Virus record (IMG/VR): IMGVR_UViG_3300025112_000016
Location: 1 to 53,846 of that record
Source of the DNA: a virus
Taxonomy: Duplodnaviria > Caudoviricetes
Length of the DNA stretch: 53,846 nt
Strand: one strand, 5' to 3'
The notes under the pieces are model-generated. The model saw nothing but the letters and a program-made list of their open reading frames with translations, made no database searches and was not told the DNA's origin. Within the stretch, counting starts at the first letter, position 1; the number at the start of each line of letters is the position of its first letter. Made by a program: the position numbers and the translations under genes. Below are positions 1 through 8,278 of the stretch, one piece after another.

Positions 1-723
1 CAATACTGAATCCGCGTTGTACCCGTGTTGTCCAATCAACTCGATTGCATTGGTCAAGTCAGAAAGACTCAACACACCAGATGTACTAGCTGCATTAACG
101 TAGTGACTTCTTTGCAAGTCAGAGTTAGCAACATTACCATAACTATACTCACGTCCAGACCCTACTGTACCGCCAGAACCCTGAAATCCGCCATATATAT
201 TAGCGCCAAAATCAGTAATACTGTCGCCACCACTCTCTGCAGTAGTGCTGCTGATACTAATACCACCAACACCTGTCTGGAAACTGGTGTCTGCGATACC
301 CATTAGGGCATAAACAGTCTGTTTCGTTATGTGCCTGTCTACAGCTCGGCGTGCTTCGTTCAAGGCCAACTCGACTTCATTGAATCGAGAGTCCTCAATC
401 ATTCTACGCGTTACACCAACTGCGATACCCCACTCACGCACATCCACTCGCTCAGAGCGCAGCTTCGTGTGCTGATATTTAGGGGTTGTTCCTTCTTCTA
501 TCTGTTCAAGTACCATTGATGGTAGATTGAACGTTATATCTATCTTCCCTCCAGTGTCAGTGTTCATCCTTTCTGTAAACATTCGGAGAGCAGGTAAGTC
601 TGTTACTTTGTAATCGACTATCGCATCTTTATAATCTACTAAGATACGTTCCCCTGTTCCTCCTGTGTCTGCATAAGAACCCTCATTGACTGTGGTAAGA
701 AGACCTGGATTTGCTGTTACCAT
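1..723 (-). CDS. Major capsid protein, HK97 fold (3' end runs off the window)
   Basis: Not in the ORF track. Hand translation from ATG at 723: MVTANPGLLTTVNEGSYADTGG...LEQIEEGTTPKYQH...REWGIAVGVTRRMIEDSRFNEVELALNEARRAVDR..., open to base 1. GAGGTGA SD at 730-736. Lies after protease and decoration genes. Confidence 0.88.
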   Translation of the reverse strand, partial: MVTANPGLLTTVNEGSYADTGGTGERILVDYKDAIVDYKVTDLPALRMFTERMNTDTGGKIDITFNLPSMVLEQIEEGTTPKYQHTKLRSERVDVREWGIAVGVTRRMIEDSRFNEVELALNEARRAVDRHITKQTVYALMGIADTSFQTGVGGISISSTTAESGGDSITDFGANIYGGFQGSGGTVGSGREYSYGNVANSDLQRSHYVNAASTSGVLSLSDLTNAIELIGQHGYNADSVL

Positions 724-734
724 ATTTAATCACC

Positions 735-1118
735 TCAGAGTACCTGAACCTTGGCATAACCAGGTCCACTTGTGCTCGCTTCCAGAGCAATTGCCACTGC
801 TGAACCACTGTCTGAACCTTGTGCCACAAGTCCCTCATCGGAGGATTCCTTTACGTACAATAGGTTGCCAGCCGCTACAGTTCCACTAACATAGACGTTG
901 AGTTGCACACCGTGTCCCGAAACTACCGAACCAATGTTTCCCGAAGTCGTAGGAGTCAAAAGAAATCCTAACCCCCGGCTTCCACTAGTTGTATTCTGGA
1001 CAAGTTTACCACTTGCATTCATAGTAACATAGTCACCTGCAAGGAGTGTCGCGTATCCTTCATACGGTAATATACGGGCTGGTGCGCCACCGTCATTTAC
1101 TAAAATCTCGGTTGCCAT
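735..1118 (-). CDS. Head decoration/cement protein (DUF2190-like)
   Basis: Small G/S/T/V-rich beta protein (AGDYV, AAGNLLY, AVAIALEA) between protease and MCP. Confidence 0.65.
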   Translation of the reverse strand: MATEILVNDGGAPARILPYEGYATLLAGDYVTMNASGKLVQNTTSGSRGLGFLLTPTTSGNIGSVVSGHGVQLNVYVSGTVAAGNLLYVKESSDEGLVAQGSDSGSAVAIALEASTSGPGYAKVQVL

Positions 1119-1120
1119 TC

Positions 1121-2374
1121 TTAATCACCTTTTATCGCCTTTCTATTTAGACGGATATTGCCGTCCTTCATCGCAAAAAGCCGCTCGACCTCTTTTTCGG
1201 TCTCGACAGCCTTCTCATCGGAGTCTGTTGCCTTTCCTTTACCAAAAGATTTTTCGGTATCTGGGACAGGAACTACTTCCAATGCCTCGCTAAATCCCAC
1301 AAGCTTGTCTTCTTCCCATCCGAATAAGCTGTCAAAACGGGTATCTTTCTCTTCGTCTTTAAGACCACCAATCAATACCTCTTTCGAGATAATGTTATTA
1401 ACCAAGGTCTTTTTGCGTCGCTCGGCTTCATTAGCCTTGCGCTCTTCCTCCTTAGTTGTGAAACTCTCAATTTTACTAAGAGCCTCTTCGTATTTGGTAG
1501 TCAACGTAGAGTTATTACTCTCCATCTCCTCCAGCTGTTTCTTCAGTGAGGCAAACTCGCGTTCAACAATTTTATCTGAATCAGTTGTTTTTACTTCTTC
1601 GCTCATACTATCATCCTCGTGTTCATCACATTCGCACGGCTTTCCACTAGAACACGAACCGCAACAAGGCGTTTCATCTTCCATTTGTTCTTGACCGTGG
1701 TTGTTACACTTCGTATCAATCGTGCATTCCCCACAAACAGCTTCCATCTTTTCATTTTCTATAAACGACACTTCAACGGGTCGGATATTCGTAGCATAAA
1801 TGTCTCCCATAACGTCCACGTCCTTGGAAAACCAATCAATGCTCACATTGGTGATTTCACCATCCTTCACCTTTCCAATCACTTCATTAGCTCGTTCTGT
1901 CGGTTCAGAAATCTGAGCCAACATTTTTATAGCTATTTTTCCATTATCTAGTTCCTCGACCTCAGGATTTATTGCCTTTCCGATTAAATCTTCAGGCGTC
2001 CTTTGGTGATTTACATATATAGGAAGCTCTTTGAAGAGCTCTACATTATCTTTAAGCAGGTTCGGCTCTATATAAACCTTATGCTCCTCATCATCTTTTG
2101 TGTATTCGTGGGGTCCCGATGTAATAGCTCTTACCGAAAACTCGGTAATATCTTCCACTAAACCTGTATCAGTCGATTCTACATCTTCGATTGAAAAATT
2201 CATTGCAAAGGTTTTTCGGGTCTCTTCAACGTTTCCTGAACCAAATTCCTTTTCGACACCATTCTCATCTGCCCACATCGAGCACATATTGGTTGCCATA
2301 GATTGATATTTCTCTACCCCACGCTTTTTCAATCTAACACTTAGTTCTGATACACATTTTTTGATTTGACTCAT
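1121..2374 (-). CDS. Prohead protease fused to a coiled-coil scaffold
   Basis: YVNHQ (His), NVSIDW (Ser) and EVSFI motifs, followed by an acidic coiled-coil C-terminus. Located between portal and MCP. Confidence 0.8.
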   Translation of the reverse strand: MSQIKKCVSELSVRLKKRGVEKYQSMATNMCSMWADENGVEKEFGSGNVEETRKTFAMNFSIEDVESTDTGLVEDITEFSVRAITSGPHEYTKDDEEHKVYIEPNLLKDNVELFKELPIYVNHQRTPEDLIGKAINPEVEELDNGKIAIKMLAQISEPTERANEVIGKVKDGEITNVSIDWFSKDVDVMGDIYATNIRPVEVSFIENEKMEAVCGECTIDTKCNNHGQEQMEDETPCCGSCSSGKPCECDEHEDDSMSEEVKTTDSDKIVEREFASLKKQLEEMESNNSTLTTKYEEALSKIESFTTKEEERKANEAERRKKTLVNNIISKEVLIGGLKDEEKDTRFDSLFGWEEDKLVGFSEALEVVPVPDTEKSFGKGKATDSDEKAVETEKEVERLFAMKDGNIRLNRKAIKGD

Positions 2375-3672
2375 TTTCTATCTCCCGACACATTTGCCGC
2401 TGGTTTGTTTCCTTTGGATTCGTAAGCTCTACGAGCTGTTTTTCGAACATCGCCTTTCTTTGTCGTGCCTCGATTTTCAGTTCGTTGGGACTCTTCTCTC
2501 TTATCTTCGTCCTTTCCACCAGATACATTAACATTCACAGCAGTCTCTTGTAATTCAACTATGCCGTCAGGGTCTAATCCTCTCTCTGCCCTTACCTCTG
2601 AAGATGCCAACACTCCCTCTGATAGATATATCATATCGGTCTTGGCTTTGGTAAACGCATCTTCCACGTTCATCTGTCTGAACTTGAATCTTATCTCTTC
2701 ACCAAGTTGTGGCATCAGTTGAGAATTAAGAGCGGACTCGACGGCTTTTTGTAAATATTTAACATAAGGTTCGAAAATAGGTCTTGCCTGTTCAGGATTG
2801 TTCCACATCGTTTTCGGAACTTTCAATGCAATGTGTATCTTATCCATAATATCATCGGTATACTTACCGTACTCAAATGCACGGCTGGTTCCCTCTATAT
2901 TTTTTATTTCGATATCATTGCCGTGAATTACATCTTCACCCGGCTCCAAAGAATTAAATGCATCTACAATTTCGTTGATTTTGTCAGGACCATAAGGCAT
3001 ATCCGGAAGACCGCACGAAATATCAAACCGTGAAACGGCGTGTTTATTCAATGCAATCCCAATGTCCCTCATTGCAAAATCCTTCAAATCAACCAAATAC
3101 ATAACAGTATGGATGTCAGAGAGACCGTAAGCATAGTCATCAAAAGGGTTATTTTGTAGCTCTACGATTTCATCTGCTTCGAACCGTACATTCTCTTCAT
3201 CGGTTCCTGTATCCTGATAGTAATATATTAATTGGCCGTGTTCATTCCGCTGTATAAACATATTCTGGGATGAACGTACAATCAAATTATCTCCTGTCCA
3301 TTCTAAATATCCCGAACCAAAAATACGTGCATTCCTCAACCAACTATAGATAGTCATATCTATATTAATATCCATAAAGGTCTTTTCTATTTTTTCACGC
3401 AACTCCTCATCATCAGTTACAATATCATATCCATCTTTAACTGCATAGAGACAAGGGAGGTCGATTAGGGTTCTAATTATAGGGTCAGATAAATATATAT
3501 TCATATATTTACGATTATCACCAATGTGTTTCTCATATTTCTGACCGTACTGATTTGTTAGGCGAAGTCTTCTGATTATACCTTCTCCAAAACTACGTGG
3601 GTCGTCCTCTTCAAATGGAGGATTTTTACCTACTGTGGCAAATCTTCTACTTATCCAATCGCCTAAACCCAT
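2371..3672 (-). CDS. Portal protein
   Basis: 433 aa directly after TerL. LRNARIFGSGYLE, YAYGLSDI, IALKVP and EVRAERGLDP are portal-type motifs. Confidence 0.85.
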   Translation of the reverse strand: MGLGDWISRRFATVGKNPPFEEDDPRSFGEGIIRRLRLTNQYGQKYEKHIGDNRKYMNIYLSDPIIRTLIDLPCLYAVKDGYDIVTDDEELREKIEKTFMDINIDMTIYSWLRNARIFGSGYLEWTGDNLIVRSSQNMFIQRNEHGQLIYYYQDTGTDEENVRFEADEIVELQNNPFDDYAYGLSDIHTVMYLVDLKDFAMRDIGIALNKHAVSRFDISCGLPDMPYGPDKINEIVDAFNSLEPGEDVIHGNDIEIKNIEGTSRAFEYGKYTDDIMDKIHIALKVPKTMWNNPEQARPIFEPYVKYLQKAVESALNSQLMPQLGEEIRFKFRQMNVEDAFTKAKTDMIYLSEGVLASSEVRAERGLDPDGIVELQETAVNVNVSGGKDEDKREESQRTENRGTTKKGDVRKTARRAYESKGNKPAANVSGDRK

Positions 3673-3701
3673 CGATGACCTACATTTATATCCTTTTCGC
3701 T

Positions 3702-3718
3702 GATATTTATAGCTTTCC
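3702..3718 (-). promoter_or_regulatory. Archaeal BRE/TATA promoter for the portal-capsid genes
   Basis: Minus strand reads GGAAAGCTATAAATATC about 30 nt before the portal ATG. Confidence 0.5.
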
Positions 3719-5398
3719 TTAAACGCCGCGAGGAGCTTCTTTAAAAATACGGTTTCTTCGGCGTCCGCCTGTGGTCATTGTAACACCACTATAAACTCCT
3801 CTTCGACTGCGCCCACCATCTGTTCCTACTCGAATCGATGTAAAGCTACTTTCTGCGGGTAGCATCCCTAATGTAGCGTGAATCCCCATCACGGAGCTAT
3901 CACAGTAATCGTCGTGTCTTCCAGTAGGTGCCCCAATTTTTTCTGTCTTTTGGGTAGCATCCATAACATATTCTAGTATAGAATGTTCGTTATACCATTT
4001 CGACATCAGTTTTTTATCCAACCCCAGAAGGTTATTGGGATTCGGAACCCGGACCTTGCCCTTCTGTATAAATGATACATAATCACGATAAACATATGTT
4101 TTCGTCCCTTTGGGTCCTCCTGTAAATATGAAAGGTATAAAGTGGATACTGTCGGGAATGCATTCTAAACGTATCTCCTGCTCAAAAGCGCCGCCAATAC
4201 CAGTAGCATCAATAATAATGCGTATGGCTCCAAAGCTTCTTGCAACTGCCATAATGCGTTCACGCTGGTATGGTATATCGTGTCCACCAGATTTAGGACC
4301 GATTTCTTCCAAATATATAAGTCTTGCAATGTTACCTGTCTCAGACTTCTCGGTAATCCAAACACTAATAACAGTGCTATTAACGGATTTACCAATATCC
4401 ACACCCACAGTACAATTGGAAAAATTCTCTCTGTCCGCGTCCTCGGGTCGTATGAAGGTATAGTCATCAAAACAATTCCTTAAGTATTTGTTATTGAACA
4501 CACTCGATACACTTTCTACAAATTCACATTCGTACTCTGTTTTCCAATGGATAGAATCTTCGCCCCATTCTATCATCTTATTCAACATTTCTTCTTCGTC
4601 ATATGGGGGGCTATATGCTTCTCCCTTTACAACTGCGTCTCTCCAATTGAAATGCAATCGTTCGAAAGTATCGGAATATCCTTCATCATAGAGATATCGA
4701 TGCATATGGTTTTCTTTACTTTTAGGTGTCCCTAGATTAATAAATGGCGCCTTATTCGCTATTATACACGGCTCTACATTATCTATAAAGAGCGAGTCAG
4801 CTATTAAAGGACTTTCATCTACTATTAAAAAGGTAGGGTGTTGACCTCGTATTGCTTGCCCCTGATTGCTTGGTGCAATAGGAGCACGACGCAATACTGT
4901 CCCCCCTTTCATCTTAATCGAAGGTTTGTTATGCAATTTGTAAGCTCCTATCAATGAATTTAAAAATACATTATCTCTAAAATGACGGTATACATAATTA
5001 AAAATCAAAGCTGCTTGGTCTTCGGTGGGAGCAATAACGAAAACTAAATCTCTAAAGCGGCGAAAAAACATCCAAACAACAACGGCCACCGAAAGAGCCC
5101 ACGACTTACCGCTACCCCGAGGTGCCAGAACAGCCATCTTACGTTGAACATTAGAATCTCCTTTGGGATATGTCAATGATTTGGTTATGATTTTCAATTG
5201 AAGCGGTCTTAACCTTAATGGTCTTTGATTAGCATCCACTAAATACGTTTCACAAAAGGCGCGGACCAGTTGTTCCATTTTAACTTCATCGCATCTTATC
5301 TCTTCGAAAAATGATTCCATATGAGCAGAATCAAAACTATTCTTGCCCGATATCGCTTTCTTCAGGTTCTTCGTTTCGTTCTTCACTGTCTTCATCAT
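3719..5398 (-). CDS. terL: Terminase large subunit
   Basis: LRPLQ Q-motif, Walker A APRGSGKS, Walker B FLIVDES, GTP coupling motif, RNase H-like GVDIG and HDDYCDS. Confidence 0.95.
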   Translation of the reverse strand: MMKTVKNETKNLKKAISGKNSFDSAHMESFFEEIRCDEVKMEQLVRAFCETYLVDANQRPLRLRPLQLKIITKSLTYPKGDSNVQRKMAVLAPRGSGKSWALSVAVVVWMFFRRFRDLVFVIAPTEDQAALIFNYVYRHFRDNVFLNSLIGAYKLHNKPSIKMKGGTVLRRAPIAPSNQGQAIRGQHPTFLIVDESPLIADSLFIDNVEPCIIANKAPFINLGTPKSKENHMHRYLYDEGYSDTFERLHFNWRDAVVKGEAYSPPYDEEEMLNKMIEWGEDSIHWKTEYECEFVESVSSVFNNKYLRNCFDDYTFIRPEDADRENFSNCTVGVDIGKSVNSTVISVWITEKSETGNIARLIYLEEIGPKSGGHDIPYQRERIMAVARSFGAIRIIIDATGIGGAFEQEIRLECIPDSIHFIPFIFTGGPKGTKTYVYRDYVSFIQKGKVRVPNPNNLLGLDKKLMSKWYNEHSILEYVMDATQKTEKIGAPTGRHDDYCDSSVMGIHATLGMLPAESSFTSIRVGTDGGRSRRGVYSGVTMTTGGRRRNRIFKEAPRGV

Positions 5399-5696
5399 TT
5401 GATAAGTCCCCTAAGAAGTTCATAAAGCCTTCGGTCTTCTTCTCTACAATGGTAGGAATCTCTATATTCAATGCACGGAATTCGGTATGGATATCCCTTA
5501 CTATCTGATTGCGCTGTTTTAAAAGAGTATTGCGTAGATTTATATCTTTTATGTGTTCTAATATTTCTTCCCATAAGATATCTTCCACTGCCAGATTTCT
5601 CGCCAATAAACGAACAAGTTCTCTGTGACGTTGGTATTCCGCTTCTCCCACTCTTTTTCGTAAACGGAATGTATATTCCTCAACAGATTCACTCAT
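5337..5696 (-). CDS. Probable terminase small subunit
   Basis: Helical 119-aa ORF overlapping the terL start. The call is positional. Confidence 0.5.
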   Translation of the reverse strand: MSESVEEYTFRLRKRVGEAEYQRHRELVRLLARNLAVEDILWEEILEHIKDINLRNTLLKQRNQIVRDIHTEFRALNIEIPTIVEKKTEGFMNFLGDLSNDEDSEERNEEPEESDIGQE

Positions 5697-5980
5697 TTCT
5701 TCTTTCTCTTTTTTGCTGATGGTTTTAGAGATGGATATTTCCTATATACCGCTGCTCTAATACCAGCTGGCCGTGGGGCATTGTGAGCTAACTTCAATGC
5801 TGACTTAGCTCTCTTTAAAGAATTAATAGGAAAACTACCTGCGGGTGCTCCTCCTGACGGACCTGCAAAGGATTTCACTCCCTTATATTTTCCTACGTTT
5901 GACCCACCTGGTTTTTTCCGTGCAGCTGCCTGTTTTTTCTTAGATGCTGCCTTCTTCCTTGTCTTCCTTTTGTAGGCCAT
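5693..5980 (-). CDS. Very basic K/R/A-rich protein (DUF6582-like FAGP..SFPI..RA..AL motif)
   Basis: Composition and motif. Overlaps the next gene by 4 nt. Confidence 0.7.
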   Translation of the reverse strand: MAYKRKTRKKAASKKKQAAARKKPGGSNVGKYKGVKSFAGPSGGAPAGSFPINSLKRAKSALKLAHNAPRPAGIRAAVYRKYPSLKPSAKKRKKK

Positions 5981-5992
5981 TGTTCGATTCCT

Positions 5993-6292
5993 CTAACCAT
6001 TAGATGATGCATTTCCAAGACGTCCACCTTTAGTGCGAGCACTGTAGGTAGGTAAATTCTTGGTATCTGCAGCATAATTAACGTTGTCCGTATATTGGTC
6101 CACAGTGGATTCTCCATCTGCATAAACCATTTTCTTTGGATTTTCGATATTTTTATATGATGTAATAGGTTTCTTATAATTCATCTCGGCTATCTCTGCC
6201 TCATCTGGTCTTGGGAAGTCCAGTTTCATATCAGGGTTGTTTCCGTGGAAATGCTCACCCTTTGTTAATCCCTTATCGTCTTTGTATGCCAT
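5993..6292 (-). CDS. Hypothetical protein (start MAYKDD)
   Basis: ORF-track frame with the start moved to ATG 6292, just after the upstream stop. Confidence 0.65.
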   Translation of the reverse strand: MAYKDDKGLTKGEHFHGNNPDMKLDFPRPDEAEIAEMNYKKPITSYKNIENPKKMVYADGESTVDQYTDNVNYAADTKNLPTYSARTKGGRLGNASSNG

Positions 6293-6294
6293 AT

Positions 6295-6450
6295 TTATTC
6301 TCCGCTGCATCCGCAGCCTTCATCGTCGCAACAAACTTCATCTTTACCAAGGCACGATAAAATTGCCTCCAATACTTCGTGTAGTCCTGCCACTTGTTCT
6401 CTAACTTCTTTTAATTCTGCTAATACAGTTTCGTCTTCTAATTCATTCAT
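6295..6450 (-). CDS. 51-aa coiled-coil protein with a Cys-rich tail
   Basis: Hand translation MNELEDETVLAELKEVREQVAGLHEVLEAILSCLGKDEVCCDDEGCGCSGE. Fills the gap in the operon exactly. Confidence 0.6.
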   Translation of the reverse strand: MNELEDETVLAELKEVREQVAGLHEVLEAILSCLGKDEVCCDDEGCGCSGE

Positions 6451-6757
6451 CGTTATTCTCCAAAAAATCTTCCAGTCTTTCTACAAGCTTAGACTTTTTA
6501 CCTTTAATAGATAGTCCAAGTTCTTCCAATTCATCTTTAAGTTGGGCTACCGTAAAGGTACTAAAATCAAACTCATCATCCTCTTCCGGTTGTGGGTCTG
6601 GTGCAACTGGAGAAGGTGTATAATCATCCAAATCAAATCTTACTTCTACCTGTTTTGCACACTTAGGACACACCCCTCGTTTAAAAAAGGATAAATTATC
6701 TGTTATTTCTCCTCCTTGGAAAAGGCCATCACAACTAGTATAGGGACATCGGAACAT
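6443..6757 (-). CDS. Zn-ribbon plus SAP-domain DNA-binding protein
   Basis: CPYTSC...CPKC followed by the SAP consensus FTVAQLKDELEELGLSIKGKKSKLVERL. Start MFRC lies about 22 nt below a TTTTATATAT box at 6779-6790. Confidence 0.75.
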   Translation of the reverse strand: MFRCPYTSCDGLFQGGEITDNLSFFKRGVCPKCAKQVEVRFDLDDYTPSPVAPDPQPEEDDEFDFSTFTVAQLKDELEELGLSIKGKKSKLVERLEDFLENNDE

Positions 6758-6796
6758 ACATATATTATCGGTTGTTGTTATATATAAAAGCATCGC

Positions 6797-7354
6797 TCAT
6801 TTCTTGATAAAGGCGCCCCACATTACTTGTGTAAATTCATCATATCTAAATTCTTCCAGATTGTTTTCTTCTATGCATTCTGAAATGTCATCATAGGAAA
6901 TCTCAGATTTCCAAGGAGTGTAGGGAGGGGACATATTCAAAGGTTCAGTAATTTCCCACCAATCTTCATCTGTATCTCTATAATAGTAACACATAATAAC
7001 ATCTCCCTTCTTTAAGAAAGGTGCATATGTTTGAAATTCTCTCTTTTTATATTCAGTGTTACACAAAACTATCACTCTTGTCGGAGTATCAATGGCTTCC
7101 TTTATCTCTTTAACTATATCTTCATTAAGGCAATTATCTTCAATACCATAGCTTACTAATCGGCCTCCTTCCTTTTTATTCTGATTTAGAAAATGTGTAA
7201 ATCCTCTACGAAATGCCCCTGTTTGAATTACAACACCAAACAAAAGTAATGCCTTCTTTAATACATCTACTACACCTGGTGTTTGTGAAGTTCTTTCTCC
7301 ATCCACGATAAGATATCTTTCTTCGTTATTTCGTTCCAATTTCTTTTTTCTCAT
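6797..7354 (-). CDS. Degenerate class I SAM methyltransferase-like protein
   Basis: VIQTGAFRRG / SYGI / VLCNTEYKKREF / LKKGDVIMCYYY follow the spacing of EIGT..GG / SYDI / CDGGNK..EF / LKxGDVIMAHDY. Confidence 0.5.
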   Translation of the reverse strand: MRKKKLERNNEERYLIVDGERTSQTPGVVDVLKKALLLFGVVIQTGAFRRGFTHFLNQNKKEGGRLVSYGIEDNCLNEDIVKEIKEAIDTPTRVIVLCNTEYKKREFQTYAPFLKKGDVIMCYYYRDTDEDWWEITEPLNMSPPYTPWKSEISYDDISECIEENNLEEFRYDEFTQVMWGAFIKK

Positions 7355-7357
7355 TCT

Positions 7358-7696
7358 TTAATCTAGCTTTTTGAGTTTCTCTAGTATTTCCTCTTCATTG
7401 TCGTCGTTACCATTCCTAAACGTACCTTTCCTTGTCTGTTCTATCTGACTATTCTGTTGTGCAGTCCATAATTCTAATACCTTATATATAATAACTAATG
7501 CAGGTGAACCTATAATCAAAAGAACCGACTTATAAGATTCTATGTCTTCTACTATCTCTGGATGACGAAATGCCATCGTAACCAAGAATATAGATAATCC
7601 TACCCAAGCCATAACAACTGGAGCTGCTACCATTATCATCATAAAATTAGCAAAGTTCCCATCAGGCGTAGCTGCATCTTTTTTATGATTGCTCAT
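7358..7696 (-). CDS. Two-TM membrane protein (holin-like candidate)
   Basis: Two hydrophobic helices and a charged C-terminus, in the late operon. Confidence 0.55.
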   Translation of the reverse strand: MSNHKKDAATPDGNFANFMMIMVAAPVVMAWVGLSIFLVTMAFRHPEIVEDIESYKSVLLIIGSPALVIIYKVLELWTAQQNSQIEQTRKGTFRNGNDDNEEEILEKLKKLD

Positions 7697-7902
7697 TTCT
7701 TCTCCTGTAATAATAACTTAATTTCTGCGAGAGCTATTTTTACCACATTCATATCCTCTGCATTCTTTTTATGGCGAGCTCCAAATTCGTTCTTCACTTC
7801 ATATAGTGAAAAAACCATAAAACGATATAAAGCATAAATTGCTCCAAGAAGGAGTATTAACGGTAATCCATAATCTTCGATTGCGACTAAAACATCTTCC
7901 AT
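7693..7902 (-). CDS. Single-TM membrane protein (holin-like candidate)
   Basis: YGLPLILLLGAIYALYRF followed by a coiled coil. GGAGGTGA SD upstream. Confidence 0.6.
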   Translation of the reverse strand: MEDVLVAIEDYGLPLILLLGAIYALYRFMVFSLYEVKNEFGARHKKNAEDMNVVKIALAEIKLLLQEKK

Positions 7903-7994
7903 TATTCACCTCCCTCCATCCTTATTCGAGGTATATCAAACTGTTGTTGAAACACATAATCCTCTAATTCTTCATCCCACTCTTCATTTGCCAT
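7902..7994 (-). CDS. 30-aa acidic leaderless micro-ORF
   Basis: MANEEWDEELEDYVFQQQFDIPRIRMEGGE. TATA about 21 nt upstream and TAATG coupling to the next gene. Confidence 0.45.
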   Translation of the reverse strand: MANEEWDEELEDYVFQQQFDIPRIRMEGGE

Positions 7995-8014
7995 ACTAAT
8001 ACTCTGTTTTTTTG

Positions 8015-8030
8015 TTATTTAAAGGTTTTC
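8015..8030 (-). promoter_or_regulatory. Archaeal BRE/TATA promoter
   Basis: Minus strand GAAAACCTTTAAATAA. Confidence 0.65.
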
Positions 8031-8106
8031 ATATTAGGCCATTCATCCACAAGATACTGATGCCCGCCAAGATAGCCAGAATAATTCTTATTGCGTCCAT
8101 TTGCAT
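8029..8106 (-). CDS. 25-aa single-TM micropeptide
   Basis: MQMDAIRIILAILAGISILWMNGLI, with AAGGGGTGGA SD and its own TATA (8141-8157). Confidence 0.45.
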   Translation of the reverse strand: MQMDAIRIILAILAGISILWMNGLI

Positions 8107-8140
8107 TATTTCCACCCCTTGCATTTCTTCTGGAGAACAA

Positions 8141-8157
8141 ATTATTTAAACCTTTGG
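8141..8157 (-). promoter_or_regulatory. Archaeal TATA promoter (leftward)
   Basis: Minus strand CCAAAGGTTTAAATAAT. Confidence 0.55.
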
Positions 8158-8165
8158 AGATACAG

Positions 8166-8234
8166 TATATTATTTCACATCGTATGCTCTAGTATATTAC
8201 TATACATAGTATATACTAAGTATAGCATATGCTT
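8166..8234. repeat. AT-rich palindromic element, copy 1 (copy 2 at 12953-13026)
   Basis: Shared blocks TATATTATTTCACAT, GTATATTA, TAGTATAT and TATAGCATATGCT in the same order. Confidence 0.7.
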
Positions 8235-8244
8235 AGCTATCTCC

Positions 8245-8258
8245 AAACCTTTATATAT
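8245..8258 (+). promoter_or_regulatory. Archaeal BRE/TATA promoter, leaderless Cas4-like gene
   Basis: AAACCTTTATATAT about 21 nt before ATG 8279. Confidence 0.7.
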
Positions 8259-8278
8259 CTGCAACCCTGTCCAAAAGT

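Noticed and set aside
25-519. Plus-strand ORFs 25-306 and 331-519
   Set aside because: Antisense shadows of the capsid gene, which the ORF track missed because its stop is off-window.
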